Below, one piece after another: positions 38,836-49,957 of a stretch of 58,827 nt of DNA. Every line of letters starts with the position of its first letter. Position 1 is the stretch's first letter. The stretch is from Chthoniobacteraceae bacterium (GTDB taxonomy: Bacteria > Verrucomicrobiota > Verrucomicrobiia > Chthoniobacterales > Chthoniobacteraceae): positions 1-58,827 of the forward strand of contig JBEBGD010000025.1 in the NCBI GenBank assembly GCA_040081625.1, written 5' to 3'. Position numbers and translations under genes: made by a program. The notes under the pieces are model-generated. The model saw only the letters and a list, made by a program, of their open reading frames with translations, was not told the origin of the DNA and made no database searches.

Positions 38836-39537
38836 CTATCCGTTGCGGCCGACGTAGGCGGAGTAGGTCAGCACGCGGATTCCCGCGGGGATATTCTTTT
38901 CCTTATCCTGGCCGGGCGGTTTGAAGAGGTTGTAGCGCGGATCCTTCTTCTCCGTGACGAAGAAAGCCTTGGTGTCGCTCAAGTCGATCACGTTCGCGTT
39001 GCAAGCGATCTCGACGGTCAACTGCGCGAGTTCCGTCGCTTTCCCGTCCGCACGGGGCAGGAATGCGCGCGGGATGATGCGGACATTGACCCAATAGACG
39101 GCCTGAGTCCGCTGTTCCGGCTTCAACTTTCCGTCCTTTTCCTTGGCGATGATCTCATTGCCCTGGTCGTCGAAATAGCGAAACGAGGGTTTGTCGCTAC
39201 TCGGAGCCCGGAAGGAGAACACCCGGCTTTCTTTTGCCGCGTCGGCGGTTTCCTTGATGGTGTTCTTGTTCGTTGCGTCAGTGAGCACGTTGAAATCCGC
39301 CTGTCCGGCGTCGTTGATCACGCGCTGGGCGATCTGCGCGCAGACGGTGGTGTCCATCACCTGCCTGTAGTTGCCCAACCCGGAAGAGAGCAGGCTGAGG
39401 ATTCCGATGACGGCGAAGCTGACGACCGCGATGGCCAGTGCGACCTCGACTAGGCTGAATGCGGAGGGCTTGCGGGCGAGATTTCGGGTGTTCATTTGTG
39501 GGGTGGGGCGTCGGAGGGGCGTATGGACGTTGTGCAT
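38836..39537 (-). CDS. vccB: Verru_Chthon cassette protein B (prepilin-type N-methylation protein)
   Basis: A|FSLVEVALAIAVVSFA, RYFDDQG; purine-rich SD before ATG 39537 (alternative ATG 39495). Confidence 0.85.
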   Translation of the reverse strand: MHNVHTPLRRPTPQMNTRNLARKPSAFSLVEVALAIAVVSFAVIGILSLLSSGLGNYRQVMDTTVCAQIAQRVINDAGQADFNVLTDATNKNTIKETADAAKESRVFSFRAPSSDKPSFRYFDDQGNEIIAKEKDGKLKPEQRTQAVYWVNVRIIPRAFLPRADGKATELAQLTVEIACNANVIDLSDTKAFFVTEKKDPRYNLFKPPGQDKEKNIPAGIRVLTYSAYVGRNG

Positions 39538-39671
39538 ACAAGCACTCCCCTCTCCCCTGCCAAGGAGAATCTTCAGGAAAGTTTGAAACGCCCGCCGGCT
39601 ACTCCATCCGCGCCGCCAGCCCCTGAGGTCGCGGACTTTTGCGTCGCGCTGGGCAATCCACTACGCTGGCC

Positions 39672-39995
39672 TCACGCTTTTTTGACGTAGCACGCTTTTA
39701 GGCCGACGGAGACGCCGTCGATCTTGCAGGTGATCTCGTGGTCGCCGTCGCCGAGGCGGATGGGCTTGGACTTGGTGCCTCCTTTGAGGGGCGCGGAACC
39801 TTTCATCGGGAGGTCTTTGATCAGGACGACGCAGTCGCCGTCGGCGAGGACGTTGCCGTGGGCGTCCTTGACCACGCAGGTTTTGGCGGGTTCGTCGGCT
39901 TTTTCCCACTCGTGGCCACACGTCATGCATTCCCAGCGTTCGGAGTGCTCGGTGACGTCGGTCATTTCGCACATCGGGCAGGCGGGTTGGTTCAT
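39672..39995 (-). CDS. PhnA/YjdM zinc-ribbon protein
   Basis: CPMC..CMTCGHEW, VKDAHGNVLADGD, LKGGTK...IRL.DGDH.I.CK. Confidence 0.9.
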   Translation of the reverse strand: MNQPACPMCEMTDVTEHSERWECMTCGHEWEKADEPAKTCVVKDAHGNVLADGDCVVLIKDLPMKGSAPLKGGTKSKPIRLGDGDHEITCKIDGVSVGLKACYVKKA

Positions 39996-40067
39996 GAGAA
40001 GGGGAACATACGGGCGCGGTTCGCAGCTATCCAACCGCTGGCGCGATGCCGCGGCGGGCCCGGAAGA

Positions 40068-42368
<2,301 letters not shown>

Positions 42369-42566
42369 TCAGCACCGGGATCGCCGCCAGAAATCGTCAT
42401 CATTCCGGGCAGATCGAATTTCCTCCCTTCCCTCGATGCGAAAACGCCGGAACACCGTTAAGCGGCGCCCCAGTCCATACCTCGGCTCGACACAAGTGAA
42501 CTCGTGAACGTTTCTCCATCGCGCTCCGCAACTCCCAGCCGCCGATCGATCCGGACGGTTTCGTCC

Positions 42567-42923
42567 TTACTTCTTCCCGGCGGCCACGCGGGTGGCCGGC
42601 GGGCGCGTGTGGATGCCGGCGGCAAACTTGGCGTTCAACTCCGCTGTAGTCGCCATGAAGCTCTTCAAGCCTTCCGGCACACCTTGGTATGCCTTGCCGG
42701 TTTTCTTCACGATCCCGGCCTGCACGAGGCTCTGGAGCCGCTCGTAAGCGCGCAAACGAAGCATTTCCTCGCCACCGGAGGCGGCATTGCGAGCCCGGAG
42801 GTTCGCGTGGACGATCTCAAAGAGGGGCTTGAACTCGAAAGACGCCTTCTTGGAAAGCACCGCAGCCAGCTCCTCAGCTACCCGATCAGGACCGCGACGC
42901 GAAAAGCCGTAAGTTGTCTTCAT
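42567..42923 (-). CDS. Small basic hypothetical protein, possible winged-helix nucleic-acid binder
   Basis: GGEEMLRLRAYERLQSLVQAGIVKKTGKAY resembles a recognition helix plus wing; function unknown. Confidence 0.6.
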   Translation of the reverse strand: MKTTYGFSRRGPDRVAEELAAVLSKKASFEFKPLFEIVHANLRARNAASGGEEMLRLRAYERLQSLVQAGIVKKTGKAYQGVPEGLKSFMATTAELNAKFAAGIHTRPPATRVAAGKK

Positions 42924-43037
42924 CAGGACTAATCGCAGGGTTTTGACGAAAAGCGAGCGAGGCTTTCATAAATCTTCTGCACACGCCCGTCTTCCCCGGC
43001 CGGCAACCCTGCCCCATTGGCGATTTCCCCGCTCTCC

Positions 43038-43363
43038 ATGTCCCGATTGATCAGACTTCTAATGCTTCTCGCGTCCGCTGCCGGGGTCCGGGCGGACGGC
43101 TGGGATTCCGGGGCGTTTTCGTGGAAGTCGGGCGCGCCGTTCGTGGATGGGAGCGCGTCGCGAAAGAGAATGTGCGGCAGTCGCCCGAGTGGACCGCGAG
43201 CATCAGCCACGGCGAACTCCTCCGTGCCAGCGACGATGCGCGAATGGACGCGGACCCGGAAAATCTGCGCTCCCTTCTCCATGGCGTGAGCGAGGCGGAC
43301 TACCGCGGCGCGAAATACGGCGGCATCCCGTGGCGACTTGGCTTGCTCGAAATGGTCCACTGA
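43038..43363 (+). pseudogene. Internally deleted secreted glycoside hydrolase (GH62-like) remnant
   Basis: Signal peptide plus FSWKSGAPFV in one frame; WTASISHGELLR...DPENLR.L.HG....Y..IPWRLGLL in another frame straight after about 43150. Confidence 0.55.
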
Positions 43364-43377
43364 GCGACACACGGCGC

Positions 43378-43725
43378 ATGAACGTCGAACGACTCAAATA
43401 CGTGATCTGGGCAGTGGACATGCAACGCGCGGTGGACTTCTACGTGAAGGTCCTCGGCGGCTCGCTGATCAAGCAGAACGAAATCATCAGCGAAGTCGCG
43501 ATCGGTGGCGGCGTGATCGGCATCCACGGCGGCGGCGAAGGCGGGCGCACGTGGACGGGGCTGAACTTTCAAGTGCCCGATGTCATCGCGGGCGCGGCGG
43601 AGATCGTCGCGGCGGGCGGTCAGCTCGTGCGCGAGCCACAGCCCGAGGACGACGAACCGCCGCATCTCGCGATGTGCGTGGACCCGGAGGGGAATGAGAT
43701 CATGCTCACGCGGAAGCGCTCGTAA
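43378..43725 (+). CDS. VOC/glyoxalase family protein
   Basis: DMQRAVDFY.KVLG, LNFQV.D, AAGG, DPEGN. Confidence 0.88.
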   Translation: MNVERLKYVIWAVDMQRAVDFYVKVLGGSLIKQNEIISEVAIGGGVIGIHGGGEGGRTWTGLNFQVPDVIAGAAEIVAAGGQLVREPQPEDDEPPHLAMCVDPEGNEIMLTRKRS

Positions 43726-43733
43726 CCCGTGGC

Positions 43734-44063
43734 TCACGCCACAGTCAGCGGCCCGTCGAAGATCGTGAGGCTGACGACTTCGGTCTTCGCCACGTGCGGC
43801 CCGTGCTTCACGCCCTTCGGCGCGTGGAAGAGCGTGCCCGGCGTGTAGCTCACGCCGCTTTCCTCCCACTCGCCGGAGAGAATCCACGCCCATTCATTGG
43901 CCGCGGGATGCGTGTGCGCCGGGATGGTTTTGCCCGCGTGAAATTTCCGCAGCACGACCACGCCGCCGGTCGCTTCGTTCCGGTGCAGGATCTTCAGCTC
44001 GACGCCTTCGTAAGGCCCGGGCTGCCACGGTTTGTCTTCGGCGAGCGCGATGGTGGGAAACAT
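43734..44063 (-). CDS. Cupin domain protein (ChrR-like)
   Basis: W.PGPYEGV..K.L, PAHTHP..E..WILSG, G...HAP.G..HGP. Confidence 0.85.
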   Translation of the reverse strand: MFPTIALAEDKPWQPGPYEGVELKILHRNEATGGVVVLRKFHAGKTIPAHTHPAANEWAWILSGEWEESGVSYTPGTLFHAPKGVKHGPHVAKTEVVSLTIFDGPLTVA

Positions 44064-44069
44064 AAGGCG

Positions 44070-44288
44070 ATGCAACGGCAGGCGCGCCTTCTCGGCAAGC
44101 GCTTCGACGCCACGCTCAAACACGTCGTCGCACCGCGGAGCGCCGGCTTGGTCGTGGGAGTGAAGGACCCGACCGACACGCGCCGGCAGATCTACTCGCT
44201 CTCGCCGACGCTGAAAGTCGGAGACACGCCGATGGGGCCGATGCTCCATTTCGGCTGCGGCCTGCTGCGGCTCGAAGTGCGGGCTTGA
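44070..44288 (+). pseudogene. Probable truncated winged-helix (ArsR/MarR-like) regulator fragment
   Basis: LGKRFDATLKHV..RSAGLV....D.R..IY.L...L.FGCG.LRL looks like the C-terminal half of an HTH; only 6 bp from the divergent cupin start. Confidence 0.4.
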
Positions 44289-44336
44289 TCCTGCTGGAAC
44301 GACCCGGCAGCCTCGCCGGCAAATCCGACCACCAAT

Positions 44337-44711
44337 ATGAAATACGCCATCCTCATCGCGCGAATCCTCCTTGGGCTCATCTTCCTGCTCAGCCTCGACT
44401 ATTGGTTTCACTTCATACCGCAGCCGAAGGTCGCGTTCCCGGAGCAGGCGATGAGCTTCATCGGCCTGCTGGCGGGGAGCGGCTACCTCGGCGCGGTGAA
44501 GGTGTGCGAGTTGATTGGCAGCCTGCTCGTGCTCAGCGGGCGTTTCATCTGCGCGGGGCTGCTCTTCCTCGGGCCGATCATCCTGAACATCCTCTTCTTC
44601 GATCTCTTCCTCGCAAAGACATTTAATCCCATGAGCACGTTCGCCGCGGTGCTCGCGTTGTTTTTGTTGTGGGCGCATCGCGAGCGCTTCGCGCCGCTGT
44701 GCAAGGCGTGA
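44337..44711 (+). CDS. DoxX-like membrane protein
   Basis: ARILLGLIF, SGYL..VK.CE.IG, PII.NIL.F; four TMs. Confidence 0.82.
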   Translation: MKYAILIARILLGLIFLLSLDYWFHFIPQPKVAFPEQAMSFIGLLAGSGYLGAVKVCELIGSLLVLSGRFICAGLLFLGPIILNILFFDLFLAKTFNPMSTFAAVLALFLLWAHRERFAPLCKA

Positions 44712-44751
44712 TGCAACTCCGCGAGCCGCGCGGCGTTGAAGGCCGGCAATT

Positions 44752-45540
44752 ATGAAACGCATCCTCGTCTCTCTCCTTCTCGTCTTCGCGCTGCACGCCT
44801 CGGCGCAGGATCTCCAGCGCGTCGAGCTGAGCATCGACGGCGTCGCACGCGAAGCGCTCGTCCATGCGCCCGCGTCGGCGAAGGAGAAGACGGCGCCGCT
44901 CGTCTTCGTCTGGCACGGCCACGGCGGGAACATGCGCAACACAACGCGCAGCTTTGCGATCCAGCGGCACTGGCCGGAAGCGATCGCGGTCTATCCGCAG
45001 GGGCTCAACACTCCGGGCCGGCTCACCGATCCCGAGGGGAAGAAGCCGGGCTGGCAGGGCCGCATCGGCGATCAGGGCGACCGCGACTTGAAGTTTTTCG
45101 ACGCGCTGCTCGCGAAGCTCAACGCGGACTACAAGGTCGATACGAAGCGCATCTACTCGACCGGCCACTCGAATGGCGGCGGCTTCACGTATCTTCTGTG
45201 GGCGGCGCGCGGTGATCTCTTCGCGTCCGTCGCGCCCTCCGCCGCCGCATCGGCTCGCAACAACGGAGCAGCGGCGATGCTCAAGCCCAAGCCCGCGATG
45301 CACCTCGCCGGCGAGAAGGATCAGTTCGTGAAATACGAGTGGCAGCAAGCCGCGATGGCAGCCGTGCGCAAACTCAATGGCTGCGAGACTGAGGGCGGCA
45401 CTTGGGACAAGCAGTGCCTCATCTACGAATCGAAAACCGGCACGCCCTTCGTCTCGTTCATTCATCCCGGCGGCCACAATTTCCCCGCCGAGGCGCCGGC
45501 GCTGATCGTGAAGTTTTTCAAGCAGCACCCGGCGAAGTAA
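44752..45540 (+). CDS. Secreted alpha/beta hydrolase (PHB depolymerase/LpqC esterase-like)
   Basis: Signal peptide; HGHGG oxyanion motif, VYPQG, GHSNGG nucleophile elbow, G..D, GGH. Confidence 0.88.
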   Translation: MKRILVSLLLVFALHASAQDLQRVELSIDGVAREALVHAPASAKEKTAPLVFVWHGHGGNMRNTTRSFAIQRHWPEAIAVYPQGLNTPGRLTDPEGKKPGWQGRIGDQGDRDLKFFDALLAKLNADYKVDTKRIYSTGHSNGGGFTYLLWAARGDLFASVAPSAAASARNNGAAAMLKPKPAMHLAGEKDQFVKYEWQQAAMAAVRKLNGCETEGGTWDKQCLIYESKTGTPFVSFIHPGGHNFPAEAPALIVKFFKQHPAK

Positions 45541-45549
45541 CCGGACAGC

Positions 45550-45583
45550 AAAAGGCCGCGCTGCTTTCGCTGCGCGGCCTTTT
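45550..45583. terminator. Bidirectional intrinsic terminator
   Basis: AAAAGGCCGCGC-N10-GCGCGGCCTTTT between convergent genes. Confidence 0.85.
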
Positions 45584-45617
45584 GGATTCTAGCAGGAGGT
45601 CCTGCGGAAGGTCCGAA

Positions 45618-45800
45618 CTATTTCTTCGGAGGATTGCACTTCTCGCACACTTTCCCGGCCTTGACGGCCTCGGCGCAGCACTTATGCGCGCACTCCTTGC
45701 CAGCGGCCTTGGCTTTTTCGCAGCAGGTCTCTGCGAAGGCTGGCGTGGCGAGGATTGCGACCGCAAAGGCGGCGGCAGCGATGAGCTTGGTGATGTTCAT
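45618..45800 (-). CDS. Small secreted Cys-rich protein (60 aa)
   Basis: Signal peptide ending AFA; mature part has 7 Cys and 1 His; own promoter and terminator. Confidence 0.8.
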   Translation of the reverse strand: MNITKLIAAAAFAVAILATPAFAETCCEKAKAAGKECAHKCCAEAVKAGKVCEKCNPPKK

Positions 45801-45809
45801 AGGGTTTCC

Positions 45810-45838
45810 GTGCTAGGCCCGCGCCCGCCCGCTGACAA
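45810..45838 (-). promoter_or_regulatory. Sigma70-type promoter of the Cys-rich peptide gene
   Basis: TTGTCA-N17-TAGCAC-N9-ATG. Confidence 0.6.
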
Positions 45839-45923
45839 GCCTCATATTCCACCTTCTCGGGTAGCGCCTACGGTTTCGCTTTGAACGGGATTGAGCGAGG
45901 CAGCCCCGCCACTTTCACCCACC

Positions 45924-47165
45924 ATGATCCGACCACTCCTCGCCTGCTCCATCCTCACACTCGCATCCTTCGCCGGCGATTCGTGGCCGCAGTTCCGCGG
46001 GCCGCTGCAAAATGGCGTCTCGGATGCAAAGGCGCTGCCGCTCGAATGGAGCGAGCAGAAGAACGTGAAGTGGAAGACGGAGATCCCGGGTGAAGGCTGG
46101 TCTTCGCCCATCGTCGGCAACGGACAAATCTGGCTGACAACCGCGCTCAGCGAGGGCCGCTCGCTGCGCGCGATCTGCGTCGATCCCGCGAACGGCAAGA
46201 TCCTGCGCGACATCGAGGTCTTCAAAAACGAAAACCCGCCCGCCAAGCACAAGCGCAACAGCTACGCCTCGCCGACGGGCATCATCGACGGCGACCGCGT
46301 GTTCGTTCACTTCGGGCCGATGGGCACGGCGTGCCTCGATGCGAAAACGGGCAGCGTGCGCTGGGAAAATCGCGAGCTGATCTATGATCCGCAAAATGGC
46401 CCGGGCGGTTCGCTCGCCATGTGGAAGGACAAGCTGCTCATCGCGTGCGACGGCATGGACGCGCAATTCGAAGCCGTGCTCGACAAGGCGACCGGCAAGC
46501 TCGTGCGCAAGACGCCGCGCGATGCACCCGAGCTGCTGCCGCTGCGCGATGAAATGCGCAAGGCCTACGGCACGCCGGTCGTCATGCAGATCGACGGTCG
46601 CGCGCAGAGCCTCACGACAGCGAGCAATCGCCTCTACGCGACGGATCCCGAAACCGGCGCGGAGCTCTGGCACGTCAAGTATCCGCTCGGCTTCTCGAAC
46701 GTGCCGCTGCCGGTCAGCGACGGCCGGATGATGGTGGTCAGCACGGGCTTCATGAAGCCGGTGCTCCTGGGCATCAAGGTCGGCGGCGCGAAGGCCGACG
46801 CGACGGCGACACACGTGCAATGGCGGCAGATCAAAGGCGCGCCGGACCAATGCTCACCCATCATCGTCGGGGATCGCGTGTATGCGACGACCAGCGGCGG
46901 CATTCTCTCGTGCCTGAATCTCCAGACCGGCGACATCGTCTGGCAGGAGCGCATCGGCAGCGACTTCGCCGCATCGCCGATCTTTGCCGCCGGGCGGCTC
47001 TACCTTTTTGCCGCAGCGGGACCATGCACCGTGATCAAGCCGGGCGACTCATTCCAGAAGCTCGCGGAGAACACACTCGACGCCGGCTGCATGGCGTCGC
47101 CGGCGGTCGTCAGCGACGCGCTGATCGTGCGGACAAAAACTCACCTCTACCGGATCGGGCAATAG
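45924..47165 (+). CDS. PQQ-like beta-propeller repeat protein (BamB-like, PVC-expanded family)
   Basis: Signal peptide; WPQFRGP, NVKWKT.IPG.GWSSP, NSYASPT, repeated TG..W blades, ASPA..RT..HLY. Confidence 0.9.
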   Translation: MIRPLLACSILTLASFAGDSWPQFRGPLQNGVSDAKALPLEWSEQKNVKWKTEIPGEGWSSPIVGNGQIWLTTALSEGRSLRAICVDPANGKILRDIEVFKNENPPAKHKRNSYASPTGIIDGDRVFVHFGPMGTACLDAKTGSVRWENRELIYDPQNGPGGSLAMWKDKLLIACDGMDAQFEAVLDKATGKLVRKTPRDAPELLPLRDEMRKAYGTPVVMQIDGRAQSLTTASNRLYATDPETGAELWHVKYPLGFSNVPLPVSDGRMMVVSTGFMKPVLLGIKVGGAKADATATHVQWRQIKGAPDQCSPIIVGDRVYATTSGGILSCLNLQTGDIVWQERIGSDFAASPIFAAGRLYLFAAAGPCTVIKPGDSFQKLAENTLDAGCMASPAVVSDALIVRTKTHLYRIGQ

Positions 47166-47281
47166 CCCCGAGCCGAGACTTCGCGCTTGTCACGCGCGGC
47201 GCCGTCGTTCTTCGTTGCGCTTGCCGCGAACCCCGTGATCGCGCCATCCCAACATCCCACAGCCAGCGTCAGTCTTATTCA

Positions 47282-47920
47282 ATGCCCGAGAAAATCAGCG
47301 TGGTCGTCGTCGATGATCATCTCTCCATCCGGCAAATGCTCGAACGGATCTTCGCGTTCGACGAGCAATACGAACTCGTCGGCCATTCCGGCTCGGGGCT
47401 CGCCGGCTTGCAACTGTGCCGCGAACTCAAGCCACGCGTGGCGATCGTCGATCTGCTGCTGCCGGAGATGAGCGGCGTCGAGGTGCTGCGCGCCCTGCGC
47501 GCCGAGGGTCGCGACACGCGCGTGCTCATCTATTCCGGCACGCTGAACGCGTCGCTCATCGCCAGCGTGATCGACGCGCGGCCGCACGGCTTCGTGCACA
47601 AGGAAGACTCGCTCGCGACGCTGCTCGAGGCGCTGCGCACCGTCGCGCAAGGCGGCTCGTATCTCACGCCGTTCACGATGTCGCTCGCCGAGGGCGCGCA
47701 GGCGGGCCTCTCGATGCTCGCGCAGATCAGCAGCCGCGAGCGCACCGTGCTCAAGCTCGTCGCCGAGGGGTGCAGCAGCAAACAGATCGCCGACCGCCTC
47801 GGCATCGCGACCAAGACCGTCGAGCATCACCGCATGGCGCTCATGCAGAAGCTCGACGTCCACGACATCGCCGGCCTCACGCGACTGGCCGTGCGCGAAG
47901 GCCTCGTCAACAACGACTGA
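47282..47920 (+). CDS. NarL/LuxR family response regulator
   Basis: VVDDH, phospho-Asp in IVDLLLP, FVHK; HTH SSRERTVL.L.AEG.SSKQIA.RLGIA.KTVEHHR..LM.KL. Confidence 0.95.
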   Translation: MPEKISVVVVDDHLSIRQMLERIFAFDEQYELVGHSGSGLAGLQLCRELKPRVAIVDLLLPEMSGVEVLRALRAEGRDTRVLIYSGTLNASLIASVIDARPHGFVHKEDSLATLLEALRTVAQGGSYLTPFTMSLAEGAQAGLSMLAQISSRERTVLKLVAEGCSSKQIADRLGIATKTVEHHRMALMQKLDVHDIAGLTRLAVREGLVNND

Positions 47921-47923
47921 GCC

Positions 47924-49957
47924 TCAACTGTCGCCCGCGGTGATCGCCTTCGGCGGAGGCGGATCGAGTGGCAGCGAAATACGCACGACGCCCGGCTGGC
48001 CTTCCTCGCTCGGCGGGATTTCGATCTGCCCATTATGGCTCTCGATGATGCGCCGCGTGACCGTGAGCCCGATGCCGAGGCCGACATTGCGCGTGCTGAA
48101 AAACGGTTCCGACGCGTGCTCGGCCGTCTCGATGGTGAATCCCTTGCCGCTGTCGCGCACCTCGACCGTGAGCCGCGGCGGCTGCCCCTTGGATTCCTCG
48201 AGGTCCACCGCCACGGTCGGGTTCTCCGGGTTCGCCTGCAGCGCGTTGAGCATGATCTCGCTGAACGCATGCCGCAGCGCCTTCGGGTCCGCCTTCACCT
48301 TCCACAGCGCGGCCTTCTTGTTGAAGCTGAGCTGCGCGACTTTCTTGCCGGGATGATACGTGTGCGCCTCGTGGAAGGCCTCGACGATGAGGTCGCCGAT
48401 GCTCACGAGCTGGCTGAAGTCGCCATTCCACTCGCGCGCGAGAAAGACCATCTGGCTCGCGAGCCGGCTGATGCGCCGCACGCCGCTGGCGAGCGCGCCC
48501 GTGAGGCTTTCCTGAAATTCAGGATCGTTGATCTGGTCCTTGAGCAGTTGCTGGTGCGTGGAGATCGGCACGACCGCATTGCCGATCTCGTGCGCGAGGT
48601 GCTCGGCCATCGCCTTGATCAGCCGCAGGTTCGCCGCCTCGAGCTCGAGCCGCTGCGCGTGTTCGTGCTCGGTCACGTCGTGGATGAGCATCAGCGCCGC
48701 GCGCGCCGCTGCGTCGCCGACGGCGCGGAAGGGCGTGATCTCGATTTCGAAGATGCGCTCCGGCGCCTGCGGGAGCGAGTATTTGAGCGGAGCGACCGGC
48801 TCCCCACCCTGCACCACGGTGAAGACCATGCTGCCGAGCTGCTGCGGCAGATCCGCGAAGTCGAAGCTCGCCCGCGGCGGAGCGCCCGGCAGGAAGATCG
48901 CGCGGGCCGGGCCGTTGACGTGGACCATTTCGCAGTTCGCGCCGAAGACGATCGCGCCGCTGCCGAGGTGCGCGAGAATGTCGCCGACGAGATTGTGGCT
49001 GGTGACGATCTGGTCGTGATACCACGAGTTGCGCAGCGCGAGGCCGATCTCCTCGAAGAGGTGGAAGATGAGCGCGATCTCCTCGTTTGAGAACGGCTCG
49101 CCGGTCACGCGCTCATCGAGCAGCGCGACGCCGAGCAGCGACTCCCGGTCGAGGATCGGGATCGCGAGTTGCGCGCCGAGGAGCTGGAATTCCTTCGCGA
49201 TTTCGCGGGTCGTCGTGGCCTCCGGACTCGTCGCGCGCAGCACCCGCCCCGAACGGTGCAGGACCGCACCGATGCCGGTATTGAGCGAGAGCACGGCGTG
49301 CTGGAGCAGCGCCTGGTCGAGCCCGATCGCACACGCGCTCCGGAGCCAGCGATCGTCCAGCGAGACGGTCCCCTCGCCCGGGCGCGACGCCGGCTTGCGC
49401 AGAAAGATGACGGCGCGGTTGACGCCCATGACTTCGCGCAGCAGCAGCAGAAACTGCCGGAGCAACTCGGGGCCATCGAGCCCGTGCGAAAGGATGGCCG
49501 CGACGCGGCGCAGCGATTCGAGACCGCGCATGGGGCTCGCCGCCGCCGCACGCGCGACGGGCTCCGAGGCGGCAGCCGATGGCGCGGTGGGCGGGCCGAG
49601 GTCTGGAAATATCTTGTCGAGCACGGCGGCGAGCAGGCGTCCGCGAACCGGCTTCGCGAGAACGTGCGCGACACCGAGCACGTAGGCGTCCTCCTCCCAC
49701 GAGCACGGCTTCTCGCCCGTGTAGAGGATCACGGGGCAGCCCGGCGCCTGCGCGCGCAATTCCTCGATCGCCGGGATGGCGCGCGGGCCGGGGAGCTCCG
49801 CATCGAGGATCGTCGCATCGATCGCGCCGCGATTGAGCAGCAGCGAAGCCTCGGCGGCATTGGCCTTCGCGATGATCTGAAAGCGCGCGGGATCGAGCGC
49901 CGCGTGCAAGGCGGACGCGAAGTTCGCGTGGTTGGTGAGGACGAGCAGCGTGCGCAT
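47924..49957 (-). CDS. Cytoplasmic hybrid histidine kinase (REC-GAF-PAS-HisKA-HATPase)
   Basis: Atypical REC (LVLTNH, ILDAELPG, LAKPV); GAF with GEPFSNEE; H-box LAHEIGN; NALQA, DSGKG, PFFST, GLGIGL. Confidence 0.9.
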   Translation of the reverse strand: MRTLLVLTNHANFASALHAALDPARFQIIAKANAAEASLLLNRGAIDATILDAELPGPRAIPAIEELRAQAPGCPVILYTGEKPCSWEEDAYVLGVAHVLAKPVRGRLLAAVLDKIFPDLGPPTAPSAAASEPVARAAAASPMRGLESLRRVAAILSHGLDGPELLRQFLLLLREVMGVNRAVIFLRKPASRPGEGTVSLDDRWLRSACAIGLDQALLQHAVLSLNTGIGAVLHRSGRVLRATSPEATTTREIAKEFQLLGAQLAIPILDRESLLGVALLDERVTGEPFSNEEIALIFHLFEEIGLALRNSWYHDQIVTSHNLVGDILAHLGSGAIVFGANCEMVHVNGPARAIFLPGAPPRASFDFADLPQQLGSMVFTVVQGGEPVAPLKYSLPQAPERIFEIEITPFRAVGDAAARAALMLIHDVTEHEHAQRLELEAANLRLIKAMAEHLAHEIGNAVVPISTHQQLLKDQINDPEFQESLTGALASGVRRISRLASQMVFLAREWNGDFSQLVSIGDLIVEAFHEAHTYHPGKKVAQLSFNKKAALWKVKADPKALRHAFSEIMLNALQANPENPTVAVDLEESKGQPPRLTVEVRDSGKGFTIETAEHASEPFFSTRNVGLGIGLTVTRRIIESHNGQIEIPPSEEGQPGVVRISLPLDPPPPKAITAGDS

